A stretch of DNA of 64,000 nt from Candidatus Forterrea multitransposorum CG_2015-17_Forterrea_25_41 (GCA_009392915.1 CP045477.1:320001-384000), one strand, 5' to 3'. Shown: positions 39,974 to 50,133, numbered from the stretch's first letter. Program-made: numbers and translations. Notes: a model not told the origin generated them from the sequence alone.

Positions 39974-40585
39974 TCATTTTTTTTCTTCAACAAAAAACTT
40001 AAAGAAAATTGCAATAAAATTATGAATAGAATGTGCAATTGCAACAAAAATTAAATTTGTATAAAAAACATATATCATAGCAAGTAAAAATCCTTCAATA
40101 AAAACTAAAAGTAAGTCTAAATTTTTACGACTATAAATAACATGAATATACATGAAAAGTAAAGAATTAATAAAAACAACCATAATTGAAGAATTAAAGA
40201 TATCAAATAATTTAGGAATTAAATAACCTCTAAAAATAAATTCTTGTAAAAAGCATAAAGGAATAAAAACTAAAATATGGAATCTTTTTTCATGCCAATA
40301 ATGAATATAATGTTCTCTTTTTAAAACATATTTTGAAAGATAAATAATTGCAACAGAAACTAAAACAGTAAAAGCAATATATGGAAATATATGATTATCA
40401 ATATTATCAAATCTAATACCTAAATCATAAAATGTCATTCCTTCAATTATTATAAAGAAAATAACTATTAAAAAAATAGAAAAAAGAACATGTAGTCTAT
40501 ACTTAAAAGGAATAATTTTTTTATATAAAAGATATACAGGTAGTACAAAAACAAGTAATACCTGTATTATTGATATTAAAAACAT
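39974..40585 (-). CDS. CPBP (CAAX) family intramembrane metalloprotease
   Basis: 'LQEFIFRGYL' (EExxxR-type motif), 'FMYIHVIYS' and 'HSIHNF' (HxxxN); 203 aa; 6 TM. Confidence 0.65.
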   Translation of the reverse strand: MFLISIIQVLLVFVLPVYLLYKKIIPFKYRLHVLFSIFLIVIFFIIIEGMTFYDLGIRFDNIDNHIFPYIAFTVLVSVAIIYLSKYVLKREHYIHYWHEKRFHILVFIPLCFLQEFIFRGYLIPKLFDIFNSSIMVVFINSLLFMYIHVIYSRKNLDLLLVFIEGFLLAMIYVFYTNLIFVAIAHSIHNFIAIFFKFFVEEKK

Positions 40586-40617
40586 AATTTATCTTTTATA
40601 TATATTTTTTTTAAAAA

Positions 40618-41817
40618 TTAACCACATGTTGCGTCTGTTGTTGATGTTGTTGTTTGACTAAAACCAAATCCAGGAGTTGGAGAAGCTGAACTTAAAACTT
40701 CATTACATGCTCTTGGTAATGTTTCAAATCCACTACAAATTGTATTTAAAAGACTTTGAGGATCTCTATTTGAATTTACAACAGTCCCATTAATTACAAG
40801 TGTTGGTGAACCTTGAACTCCATATTTTAAATTATCAGCATCATGTACTAAAAACTTAGGATATCTTCCATTAAGCCATGAAGCTTTATCTTCATAAGAT
40901 GCCATAACATTAAATTCTTGATCAGTTTCTGTAATACATGTATCTAAAGAATCTCTTGTGATTTGTGTTTCTTCAAGACATCTATCTGTATTTCCATCTT
41001 CTAAGAAACAATAAAGATAGTCATTAAATTTGTCATTAAATTCTTCTTGAATACAATATTGAAGTAATTGTTCTTCAACTTCAACAATATCATGCATAGC
41101 ATAATTTACAAACTTAATTTTAAAATCAATTGTGTCTTGTAAAACATCAACTGCAGGTAAAATTCCTTTTTCAACTTGAGTTCCATAAGGACAGTGAGAC
41201 ATTACAAACAATTCTACTGTTGGTTTTTCAGTCTTTGGAATTTCTTGAACTTCAGGAGTTGTATTCTCTCCTTCTGCTAAATTCAGGTCAGATTTATTAA
41301 TTGGTTCTAAACCAGGAACGAAAACCATTTCTCCATCTAAAGAAGTATATATTTCTACTTCTTGTCCTTCAATTTCAAAAGTATTAAGGCATAAGCCATT
41401 AGAAGATACTGTTGAAATTAAACTTAAAGAAGGTAATTGAAATGTATCAATTAAGAAAGTTTGTGTGTCTGGTCCAATATTTGTTGCACATTCATTAGAA
41501 GTCAATGATTTTTCAGAATAATTATTATTTGTTTCAATATTATTAAATAATATTTCTAAATCATTTAATAAAATTGTGTCTGATTGTGGATTTTCAGATT
41601 TAATTATTTCTAATAAATATTCTAAATCTTCTGATGTAATATTAGATTTATTGCCAGTTAATGCAAAAATACCTACTACAATTAATAAAACTAAAAGAAC
41701 AAAAGAAGTTATTTGCCAAAAATGATCTTTCATTTTACAAGTTTTATGTTTAGAAGAACTTACATTATGATGTTCTTCTTTATGTGTAGGTGTGTTTTTT
41801 TTAATTGTTTTTTTCAT
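40618..41817 (-). CDS. Membrane-anchored thioredoxin-fold (DsbA-like) protein
   Basis: N-terminal TM; 'VMSHCPYGTQ' CxxC motif; Cys-rich extracytoplasmic region; 399 aa. Confidence 0.4.
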   Translation of the reverse strand: MKKTIKKNTPTHKEEHHNVSSSKHKTCKMKDHFWQITSFVLLVLLIVVGIFALTGNKSNITSEDLEYLLEIIKSENPQSDTILLNDLEILFNNIETNNNYSEKSLTSNECATNIGPDTQTFLIDTFQLPSLSLISTVSSNGLCLNTFEIEGQEVEIYTSLDGEMVFVPGLEPINKSDLNLAEGENTTPEVQEIPKTEKPTVELFVMSHCPYGTQVEKGILPAVDVLQDTIDFKIKFVNYAMHDIVEVEEQLLQYCIQEEFNDKFNDYLYCFLEDGNTDRCLEETQITRDSLDTCITETDQEFNVMASYEDKASWLNGRYPKFLVHDADNLKYGVQGSPTLVINGTVVNSNRDPQSLLNTICSGFETLPRACNEVLSSASPTPGFGFSQTTTSTTDATCG

Positions 41818-41945
41818 ATCATACCACCATATTTTTAATAATAATTTATATATAATATTACAACAGAAATGTTTATAAAAAGAAAGAAAAATTAGATTCT
41901 AAAAATTTATTTTCAGAAAATAATTTTTAAAAAAAATAAAGAAAT

Positions 41946-42338
41946 TTATAAAGAATAAACTTCTTTATAAATTCCATGAATATTACATAAAGCCCTAATT
42001 GTAACTTTTCTTCCTAAAGGAACTTTAAAAACAACTTCTGGTTTATCCCAATAATTAAGACTCTTAACATATAAAGACCCATCAACAGAAATTTCAATCC
42101 ATTTAATGAAATGTTCTTGTGTCATTGGATGCATAGGATCTCCAATCTTAACATATATTTCTTTTTCGCCTCTAATCTCTATATAAGGTTTATGAATATC
42201 TTCATTTGATGTAACTTTTTCTTCTTTAATTTCAAGATCCATTTCTTTACCACAACAAACTAAAGTTCCACCACCAATTTCTTTTAGTTCTACAACATTT
42301 CCACAAACTGAACATTTATATTTATCTCCAACTTCCAT
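41946..42338 (-). CDS. Desulfoferrodoxin (2Fe superoxide reductase)
   Basis: N-terminal desulforedoxin 'YKCSVCGNVVEL...LVCCGKEM' is nearly identical in pattern to Dfx 'YKCxxCGNIVEV...LVCCGEPM'. C-terminal SOR domain with 'HKPYIE ... CNIHGIY'. Confidence 0.85.
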   Translation of the reverse strand: MEVGDKYKCSVCGNVVELKEIGGGTLVCCGKEMDLEIKEEKVTSNEDIHKPYIEIRGEKEIYVKIGDPMHPMTQEHFIKWIEISVDGSLYVKSLNYWDKPEVVFKVPLGRKVTIRALCNIHGIYKEVYSL

Positions 42339-42514
42339 AATTTATTTCTCCTATAACTATCTTCTTTTTATCAAGTATATTATATAGAATAATTAATAAA
42401 TATATGGATTATTTATTAAAAAAAGTAATTTTGTTTAAAATATTATTATAGTATATTTTAAAGTTAAATGTTTAGTTTTTTATTAAATAAAAAAAAATAG
42501 ACAAGAAAAAATAT

Positions 42515-44941
42515 TTAAATATTTTCTCTAATTTTTGATTTTGAAAAACCAGCATCTAAAAGATCTTCTTCTGAATAACCAGCAAGTCTAAGCTCTTCTA
42601 AACTATAACCTACACTTCTAAGTTCTCTTGCAGAAAAATGTAATTCTTTAAGTTCTTTGGCACCATAATGAATAACTTTCATAAGTCTAATTCCAACACC
42701 TAAATCAAAAACATCTTTTGCAGGATAACCAGCATAATGAAGTTGTCTTGCAGTATATCCTACATCATAAAGATCTTTTGCAGAAAATCCACCTTCTTTC
42801 ATAGAAGATGCATCATAACCTGCAATTTTTAAATCTCTTGCAGAATAATATGGATTTAAATCTTTTGGATAAAATCCAGCTTGAGACATTTCTTTTGCAG
42901 TATATCCTGCATTATAAAATTCAGAAATTGGTATACCTAAACCATAAAGTTCTTTTGCTTTATAACCTGCAAATCTAATAGTTGAAACATCAAAACCAGA
43001 ATCATACATTTCTTTTGCAGTATATCCTGCAGCATGATATTGTTTTGCAGTATATCCAATACTTAAAAGTTCTTTTGCACTAAATCCAGCTCTTCTAAGT
43101 TCAAGTAAAGAAAAGCCTTCTAAATGAAGTTCTAAAGCAGTAAATCCTGCAAGTCTTAAATCAATTAAATTATAACCATTTGCAAGGAAATCTTTTATTG
43201 TACATCCAAGCATATGAACTTCTCTTAAAGAATAACCACCTTCAAGTAAATCAAAACATGTACATCCAGCATTCTTTAAATCAATTGCTTTGTATCCAGC
43301 TTCTTTTAAATCTTTAATAGTATAACCTAATTTTAAAAGTTCAGGTATACTGTACTTTAAATATTTAAGTTCTTCTAAAGATACAACTTTATCATCTGAA
43401 AGAACAACAGGTTCAATAGGTTTTAAAGCAATTAACTCTGAAATATCAAATCCTGCTTCTTTAAGTTCATCAATTGTAATTCCATTTTCATATAATGGTT
43501 TTGCAGAAATTCCTTCTTTTCTAAATCTTACAAGAGGAATCTCTTTTAGAAGTTCTTTATAAGTAAAACCAATATCTAAAAGTTCTTTAATTGTAAATTT
43601 TTCTGCAACAATTTCTTCTAAAGAATAAACATCTTTAATTTCTTTTAAAGTATATCCTTTTTTTAGTAATTGTTTTAATGTAAATATTTTTGAAAGATCT
43701 TTAATTGTAAAACCACAATCTAATATTTCTTTAAGTTTATAACCAGCAGAAACAATTTCTTTTAAAGAATAACCAGCTTTTTTAAGATCTTTCGCAGGAT
43801 ATGCATATTCTTTTAATTTTTTAGCTCTAAATTTTGCATCTCTTAAATCTTTTGCATCAAATTCTGCAAAAAGAATTGAATGTTGATCAAATTTAACTTT
43901 CTTTAAATCACTTGGAGTATATCCTAAGTTTTTAAGATCTTTTGTTGAAATTCCTGCTTTCTTTAATTCTTTTAAAGAAAAATTTACATCATTAATTTCT
44001 TTAGGAGTATATTGTAGATAATAAAGATCTTTTGCAGTGAAGCCAAGTGACTTTAATGCTTTTGCATTATATTTATGTTCTTTTAAAACTTCAGCTGTTA
44101 AGCCATATGAAAATATTTCTTTTGAAGACATTTTTTTTAAAGTTTGATCATTAATAACTATTTTTACAACTTCTTCTTTTTTATTTTCAACTTTTTCTTT
44201 TTTTGCTTTTTCTTTTTTAATTTTATCTGTTTTTTCTTTTTTGCTTTTTACTTTTTCTTTTGGAAATTTATTTAAAGGTTTTATTTTTTCTTCTTTAATT
44301 TTAATTCCAATTTCTTTATCTGTAAAACCTGCTTTTCTTAACTGATCAATACTATATTTTGCTTTTTTAAGTTCTAAAATAGTATATGTACCTTGATATA
44401 GTTCTTTAGCAGTTAAACCAATATTTTTTAATTGTGATGCATCAAAACCTGCTCTCTTTAAATCTTTAACACTAAAACCAACTTCTAAAAGTTGTCTTGC
44501 AGTAAATTTAACTTTTTTTAATTCTTTTGAAGTATAACCTACAGATTTTAAATCTTTTAAATTAATTCCAAGTTCTTTTAAATCTTTTAAAGGAAATCCT
44601 GCAACTTGTAAATCTTTAACTGAATAACCTACAGAATAAAGTTCTTTTGCAGTAAAATCTAAATTTCTTAGATTTTGAGAACTAAAACCAACTTCTTTTA
44701 ATTTCTTAACAGTAAAGCCTGCTTTTTCTAAAGTTCTAGCCTTAAAGCCTAATCCCTTTAAAACAGTATAATTTGCTTTTACTTCATTTAATTTTTTTGC
44801 AAATTCTGTTTTATTTATTTTAAATTTTGAAAAAATAGAAACTGTTATTGGAGAAATAATATATCTTGAAGGAGAACTGATTTGTTTCTCTAAATATTCA
44901 TTTAATTCTTTTTTTGTTAAATTTTTTAAGTCAATAGCCAT
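42515..44941 (-). CDS. 808-aa cytoplasmic protein composed of ~60 tandem 11-residue repeats
   Basis: Repeat consensus [AG]-G-[FY]-[ST]-x-K-[DE]-L-[KR]-x-x, e.g. 'LKKAGYSLKEIVSAGYKLKEILDCGFTIKDL'. No signal peptide. Central K/E-rich linker 'KIKEEKIKPLNK...KEKVENKKEE'. Confidence 0.6.
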   Translation of the reverse strand: MAIDLKNLTKKELNEYLEKQISSPSRYIISPITVSIFSKFKINKTEFAKKLNEVKANYTVLKGLGFKARTLEKAGFTVKKLKEVGFSSQNLRNLDFTAKELYSVGYSVKDLQVAGFPLKDLKELGINLKDLKSVGYTSKELKKVKFTARQLLEVGFSVKDLKRAGFDASQLKNIGLTAKELYQGTYTILELKKAKYSIDQLRKAGFTDKEIGIKIKEEKIKPLNKFPKEKVKSKKEKTDKIKKEKAKKEKVENKKEEVVKIVINDQTLKKMSSKEIFSYGLTAEVLKEHKYNAKALKSLGFTAKDLYYLQYTPKEINDVNFSLKELKKAGISTKDLKNLGYTPSDLKKVKFDQHSILFAEFDAKDLRDAKFRAKKLKEYAYPAKDLKKAGYSLKEIVSAGYKLKEILDCGFTIKDLSKIFTLKQLLKKGYTLKEIKDVYSLEEIVAEKFTIKELLDIGFTYKELLKEIPLVRFRKEGISAKPLYENGITIDELKEAGFDISELIALKPIEPVVLSDDKVVSLEELKYLKYSIPELLKLGYTIKDLKEAGYKAIDLKNAGCTCFDLLEGGYSLREVHMLGCTIKDFLANGYNLIDLRLAGFTALELHLEGFSLLELRRAGFSAKELLSIGYTAKQYHAAGYTAKEMYDSGFDVSTIRFAGYKAKELYGLGIPISEFYNAGYTAKEMSQAGFYPKDLNPYYSARDLKIAGYDASSMKEGGFSAKDLYDVGYTARQLHYAGYPAKDVFDLGVGIRLMKVIHYGAKELKELHFSARELRSVGYSLEELRLAGYSEEDLLDAGFSKSKIRENI
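42560..44900. repeat. 33-bp periodic coding repeats (11-residue protein repeats)
   Basis: Degenerate 33-nt periodicity throughout the 808-aa repeat-protein gene, inferred from the regular [AG]G[FY][ST]xK[DE]L repeats in the translation. Confidence 0.5.
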
Positions 44942-45044
44942 TTTAATACACCACCTAAAATATAATTATATTTAGTTAAATAATTATAGTAAAGTTAAGT
45001 TTAAATACACATTTATTTATTTATGTATAGTAAAAAAACTATAA

Positions 45045-46016
45045 TTATCTTCTAATAGATTTATTTATAACTCCTTTTAAAAATTCTAATGTTTTTTTTG
45101 TTGTAAAATCATCTTTTTCTCCAAAATAACTATGAAGTGTTGAATGATTTCTTTCTTTAACAATATAATGTTCTGCATAAATATTATTCTTAATAAGTTT
45201 TAAATAAAGATCTAAAGATTCAAGTTTTCCTATCCTTAAAATACTATTTTGTGCACTAAAAACAATCATTGGAGGAATATTTTTAGAGTCATTTATATAA
45301 TTTATTGAGGAGGCTTTTTTTAAAACTTCATTATTTTCTCCAAAAGGAAACATTAAATATTTATTTATAATTTGACCATCAATATCAAAATCTTTATACT
45401 TTAAAATATCATAACCAATTCCTTCAAGAAGAATTGTTCCTTTAATAACATTTAAATCTAAATCATTTTCTAGCAAATAAGATTCATCAGTTGAAATTAA
45501 AGAAATAATTTGTGCTCCTGCAGAATGTCCTTGAATAAAAATTAAATCTTTATTACCATTATAATCTCCAATATTATCATAAACCCATTTAATGGAACTT
45601 GAAACATCTTTTACATATACAGGAAATTTAACTTCAGGAAAAACTCTATAATTAATTGTAACCAAAATAAAATTATTATCAGTATAAAAAATACTTTTAA
45701 GCAAAGAATTTTTTTTAAAATCTTTATTTCCAAAAAAATCTGTCCATGCTCCACCATGTACAAAAATAACAACAGGTAAAAGTTTATTTTCAATAGTTTT
45801 TTTTGGAGTATAAATATCTAAAAGATTATATTTTATATCATGATTTACATCTTCAAGATTAATATATGGAATATCTTTATAATAATTAAAATTTGCTTTT
45901 TTTTCAAGATCATTATAATAATTATTTGTAGAAATTAAAGAAGATAAAAATATAATTATAATAATTGAAAAAAAAATAAACAGTTTATGTTTTTTAAGTG
46001 AATCTTTAATACCCAT
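45045..46016 (-). CDS. Alpha/beta hydrolase (esterase/lipase, HSL-like) with N-terminal TM
   Basis: 'VIFVHGGAW' (HGG oxyanion motif) and 'GHSAGAQI' (GxSxG nucleophile); N-terminal hydrophobic anchor. Confidence 0.7.
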   Translation of the reverse strand: MGIKDSLKKHKLFIFFSIIIIIFLSSLISTNNYYNDLEKKANFNYYKDIPYINLEDVNHDIKYNLLDIYTPKKTIENKLLPVVIFVHGGAWTDFFGNKDFKKNSLLKSIFYTDNNFILVTINYRVFPEVKFPVYVKDVSSSIKWVYDNIGDYNGNKDLIFIQGHSAGAQIISLISTDESYLLENDLDLNVIKGTILLEGIGYDILKYKDFDIDGQIINKYLMFPFGENNEVLKKASSINYINDSKNIPPMIVFSAQNSILRIGKLESLDLYLKLIKNNIYAEHYIVKERNHSTLHSYFGEKDDFTTKKTLEFLKGVINKSIRR

Positions 46017-46057
46017 AATTATTCTTTAAAAAATATAAAAAAACCTTAGAAAAGAAT

Positions 46058-46912
46058 CTAAGGTGTATACTCACAAGAATCTAAAAGTTCCTTTGCTCTA
46101 TTTTTTTCATCTTTAAGTTCTTGATTGTCTGGATCTTGAAGTAAAGCCATATATGCGCTTGTATGATCAGAGGTATATTTTGAATATTCTTCTTCTGTAC
46201 AATTACCATACATTCTTTCAGTCTCAATTTCATTTTCAGAATCTAACTTTTCATTTTCTGTATAAGTATCATTATCTTCTGTATAGTTTAAATAATCTTC
46301 TGTGTCGTTTGAAGAACTTGAGTTATTACTATAACTTGAATCTACAGCTAAATAATCATCTCCATAAAGATCTTTTCTTTTATCAGGATATCCATCAAAG
46401 TCTTTGTCAAAATCATCAAATATCCCATCATTATCAAAATCCCATGAATCTGCAAAACCATCTCCGTCTGTGTCATATCCTTCAATCTTACCGTTAGCAC
46501 CATAATCCCAGTTATCAGGAAGACCATCTTCATCTAGATCATACAAGATAACATCAATTTTAGCATCTCCGTCAAAATCAATTTTAATAACTTCAAAAAC
46601 TCCAGTGTTATCTAAATCATAGAAAAAACTATCAAGAATTTCATCTCCATGAACATCTATTGCTGCAAAATCAATAGAGCCATCTTTGTTATTGTCTATT
46701 GATACAAAATCTGAAAGTCCATCTCCATCTGTATCAACATTGTTTGCATAAAGATAAGGATTATTAATTACTTCTCCTTTCTCAAGATTATCCATAACTG
46801 AAACTTTATCTAGATCTTTTCCTTTCCCACCTGAAAATAAAAGTATTAAAATAAAAACAACTACTCCAATTATAATCCATGTTCTTATGTTATTTTTCTT
46901 TTTCACAGCCAT
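46058..46912 (-). CDS. Membrane-anchored Ca-binding repeat protein (DxDxDG, thrombospondin type 3 / dockerin-like)
   Basis: N-terminal TM 'WIIIGVVVFILILLF'; repeated 'DTDGDGLSD', 'DFDGDAKID', 'DLDEDGLPD', 'DTDGDGFAD', 'DFDNDGIFD'. Confidence 0.55.
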   Translation of the reverse strand: MAVKKKNNIRTWIIIGVVVFILILLFSGGKGKDLDKVSVMDNLEKGEVINNPYLYANNVDTDGDGLSDFVSIDNNKDGSIDFAAIDVHGDEILDSFFYDLDNTGVFEVIKIDFDGDAKIDVILYDLDEDGLPDNWDYGANGKIEGYDTDGDGFADSWDFDNDGIFDDFDKDFDGYPDKRKDLYGDDYLAVDSSYSNNSSSSNDTEDYLNYTEDNDTYTENEKLDSENEIETERMYGNCTEEEYSKYTSDHTSAYMALLQDPDNQELKDEKNRAKELLDSCEYTP

Positions 46913-46933
46913 AATATATCACCTAATATATAA

Positions 46934-49096
46934 TTAGTTATTAACAGGTGTTTTTTGTGTAATAACTTTTACATCCTCCCATTTATCTGTTGTATGGTTA
47001 AAGATTTGTAATCTGTTTTTACTAAGCCATGGAGAATAATATCTATACAACCTACCAGTTCCTTGAGCATCATCAAAAGTTTCAGTAGAACCTTTTGGTA
47101 TACTGTAGAATGCTTCAGAACCATCTTGTGCAGTTACTTTTTTAAAATCCATTTGTCCTCCAGTTTCTTCAAAATAAGTAGAGGTATTTGGATCATATAT
47201 TTTTATTTTAACTTTATAGTCACTTGAAATAATATTTCTTTCTGTATATTGTTGTAAATTTTGTTGAAGGAACCTATAATCACTATTTGAAACAACGTTT
47301 GCTTCTTTAGCTCTAGAATTATAATACTCTGTTGCTTTTGTAACTGCTTCTGCAGCTGTTTCAACACTGTTTCCTAAAGCTCCAACACCATCACTTAATC
47401 CTGGTGGAAGATAGTTTGCAACATTTTTAGTAATTGAACCCATAACTCTTAAGGCTTTAACAGCATCTTTTGTATTTGGATCTATATCTAAATTATTTAC
47501 TTTATCCATAAATTTTACATTGTCATAAGTATCGCTTGCCCAACCATAAACTTCATTAGCAGTTCCTACATTTTCATAAAAGTCTGCTAGTTGTTTTGAA
47601 GGTTTTACTTGATAAACAATATCTCCAACAGCACTACTTACACTTCCAGCTTGACTTGCTGCAAAGTTAGCCCAACCCATACCATCTCCAACTGAGCTTT
47701 TTAAATCATCAAAGACACCTGAGTCTGCAAGCATTGTATCTTTATAACCTTTTTCAACTATTGCTTTACTTAAATTTTTTTCAATATCTGATACGTTATT
47801 TCCAGAGTTTAAGATTAAATCAAGATCTTGGTTTTTACCTCCAAGTTCTAAATAAATATCTTTTAATTTTTGAATTTTTGAGTCTTGAGAATAATTTTTC
47901 TTTTCTTCTCTTAATTTTTGAATCTTATCATATGGATCTTCCATATCTTTAAGTTCTTCTGTTAAACGTTTAATTAACTCTTCATTACCTGCAAACATTT
48001 CTTTTAAATTTTTTTCAAGATCATTTACAAGTCCATCGATTGTTTCTTGTTTTTCTTTTTCAATATTTTCATAATGATTATCTAACATTTCTTTATTTTC
48101 TTCAATTTGTTTCTTTTGTGTATCTTCTTTAATTGCTTTTGAAGGGTCTTTTTTAGAATAAACGTTATCCCAATTTTCATTTATACAATCATAAGCTCTC
48201 ATTCTTGCCATATCTGAGTTATTACAGATTGCTAAAAAAGAACCAAAATTTTCTTCATAAAGTTTGTCAGAATCAAAGTTTGGAGAACATTCTTTTTCTA
48301 AATCATGATCTTGGAAAAAATCATCTAAATCTGCATCAACATTTGAAAATTTTGCTAAGGCTATTTGAGTTACATTAATATTTAATAGATCATCAACACA
48401 CATAATAAAGGTATTTTCAACAGTACCCTCTATCATACATTCATGACCATTATAACTATCTACAACTTGTATACCATCTTCAATTTTAAAATAAAGTTCA
48501 TTTATTTTATCAGAAGCTTCTTGTTCAAGTTGATCTGCATTAATTTTATCTCTACATTTTTTCATTTCAGTAGATTTTTTAGTTTCACATTCAGATGTTA
48601 AATTTAAGTTATCAACTATTAATTGACCACATGTCTTTGCTTCTAAACATTCACACTCTTCTTTTCCATCTACAGTAGTACAAGAAGGGTTTGCACAGTA
48701 TGACATGGTACTTATTTTTGAAGCATCTTCAAAACATAAGGTATTATAAAAAGTTGAATAATCACAATAATCTAAATAAGGTTTATAGATATCCTTAAAT
48801 TCTTTAAATTGTGGTGTAGAAATAATTGCATTATTTGCAATCATTGAAACTTTGCTAAAACAGTTTCTTTTTTCAAAATCCCAAGCATCTGCGTATTCTT
48901 GTTGGGAATTATAGTTTTGTCTTAAAACTTGGTTGTCATTAAATTCTTGTTGATATTTTTCTGCAACTTTTTGTTGTTCTTCTGTGAGATCAAAAAAGTC
49001 CATTGCATAAATTTGCGATGTTAATATTATAACACTAAATAAAAGTAGAAAAATAAATAAAATGTTTTTTTGTTTTAATTTATTTTTAAAAACCAT
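46934..49096 (-). CDS. Large secreted Cys-rich protein
   Basis: Signal peptide 'ILFIFLLLFSVIILTSQIYA'; about 25 Cys in the N-terminal half; 720 aa; no catalytic motif seen. Confidence 0.5.
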   Translation of the reverse strand: MVFKNKLKQKNILFIFLLLFSVIILTSQIYAMDFFDLTEEQQKVAEKYQQEFNDNQVLRQNYNSQQEYADAWDFEKRNCFSKVSMIANNAIISTPQFKEFKDIYKPYLDYCDYSTFYNTLCFEDASKISTMSYCANPSCTTVDGKEECECLEAKTCGQLIVDNLNLTSECETKKSTEMKKCRDKINADQLEQEASDKINELYFKIEDGIQVVDSYNGHECMIEGTVENTFIMCVDDLLNINVTQIALAKFSNVDADLDDFFQDHDLEKECSPNFDSDKLYEENFGSFLAICNNSDMARMRAYDCINENWDNVYSKKDPSKAIKEDTQKKQIEENKEMLDNHYENIEKEKQETIDGLVNDLEKNLKEMFAGNEELIKRLTEELKDMEDPYDKIQKLREEKKNYSQDSKIQKLKDIYLELGGKNQDLDLILNSGNNVSDIEKNLSKAIVEKGYKDTMLADSGVFDDLKSSVGDGMGWANFAASQAGSVSSAVGDIVYQVKPSKQLADFYENVGTANEVYGWASDTYDNVKFMDKVNNLDIDPNTKDAVKALRVMGSITKNVANYLPPGLSDGVGALGNSVETAAEAVTKATEYYNSRAKEANVVSNSDYRFLQQNLQQYTERNIISSDYKVKIKIYDPNTSTYFEETGGQMDFKKVTAQDGSEAFYSIPKGSTETFDDAQGTGRLYRYYSPWLSKNRLQIFNHTTDKWEDVKVITQKTPVNN

Positions 49097-49233
49097 TTTT
49101 ATACCCCTTTTCTTTTTTTTTAAAAATATAAAATTAAACCTAATTTTTTGAATATTTATATATAATAGACATAATAATATTTATAAATAGAATTAATCTT
49201 TAAATAATATATAAAATAAGAAAATAATTACAT

Positions 49234-49707
49234 ATGACTAAAGAAAATATTATTGGAATTATAAAAAATGTCCAAGCTAAAGGAAAAAATACATTTATTA
49301 AGAAAAACTGCGATCTTTATTTTACAAATAAAAGATTAGTATGTGTAGTCTTAAGTAACTCTAATTTTGTTGCTGGGATGAGTGGTGGATTGATTGCAGG
49401 AGTTTCAGGCATTTTAGCATATTCTCAAGTAACAGATTATACAGCTAAAAATAAAAGACTTCAAAATAAAGAAAAAGAAGTAGATGAAATTATTAGCCAA
49501 TGCCCAAATAGTTTTGATATTAAGAATGAAGAAATTATATTTCAGAAATCAAGATTTGAATCTAGATTCTTAAAAACTTTTGGAATTTTTGCACAATTAA
49601 TAATTAAAACTGAAAATAAAAAATATTATTTTGATATTCCCTATAGTGATAGAAAAATGGCAAAAATAATTGTTTCAGAATACAGTTCAGAAATAAAAAT
49701 TAATTAA
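49234..49707 (+). CDS. Hypothetical protein
   Basis: 157-aa ORF. Confidence 0.3.
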   Translation: MTKENIIGIIKNVQAKGKNTFIKKNCDLYFTNKRLVCVVLSNSNFVAGMSGGLIAGVSGILAYSQVTDYTAKNKRLQNKEKEVDEIISQCPNSFDIKNEEIIFQKSRFESRFLKTFGIFAQLIIKTENKKYYFDIPYSDRKMAKIIVSEYSSEIKIN

Positions 49708-49712
49708 AAGAT

Positions 49713-50126
49713 TTATTCTCCAATAATCTTAATAATAACTCTTTTATCTCTTTTACCATCAAACTCTGCATAATAGACTTCTTCCCAAGGTCCAAAGTCT
49801 GCTTTTCCATTTGTTATTGGGATTGTAACTTCATGCCCTATTATCATTCTTTTTAAGTGAGCATCTCCATTATCTTCCCCTGTTAAATGATGTTTATAAT
49901 CTTTTCCAGACGGTGCTAAAGTTTCAAGCCATTCTTTTATATCCTCTATAAGTCCATTTTCAGCATCATTGATGTAGACACCAGAGGTGATATGCATGGC
50001 ATTAACATGGCATAAACCTTCTTTTACTTTAGAGTCTTCAATAGCTTGATTTACTTCTTCTGTAATGTTTATAAATTCCATTCTTTTTTTTGTTTTAAAT
50101 AACAAATATTTTGTAAAACTTTTCAT
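49713..50126 (-). CDS. YjbQ/UPF0047 family protein (secondary thiamine-phosphate synthase-like)
   Basis: '[21 protein letters not shown]' and '[35 protein letters not shown]' match the UPF0047 pattern. Confidence 0.7.
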   Translation of the reverse strand: MKSFTKYLLFKTKKRMEFINITEEVNQAIEDSKVKEGLCHVNAMHITSGVYINDAENGLIEDIKEWLETLAPSGKDYKHHLTGEDNGDAHLKRMIIGHEVTIPITNGKADFGPWEEVYYAEFDGKRDKRVIIKIIGE

Positions 50127-50133
50127 AATTATT

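Noticed and set aside
6073-47952. Overlapping antisense ORFs from the track: 6073..6381+, 6717..7037-, 8622..8834-, 10236..10556-, 14895..15263-, 19272..19565+, 21606..21887-, 23904..24158-, 28431..28646+, 30606..30929-, 31934..32131-, 32561..32770+, 45611..45793-, 46153..46497+, 46348..46533-, 47734..47952+, 51831..52274+
   Set aside because: Each is embedded in or antisense to a longer ORF with clear family motifs. Their translations are low-complexity (L/F/I/K/N-rich), as expected from AT-rich antisense strands.
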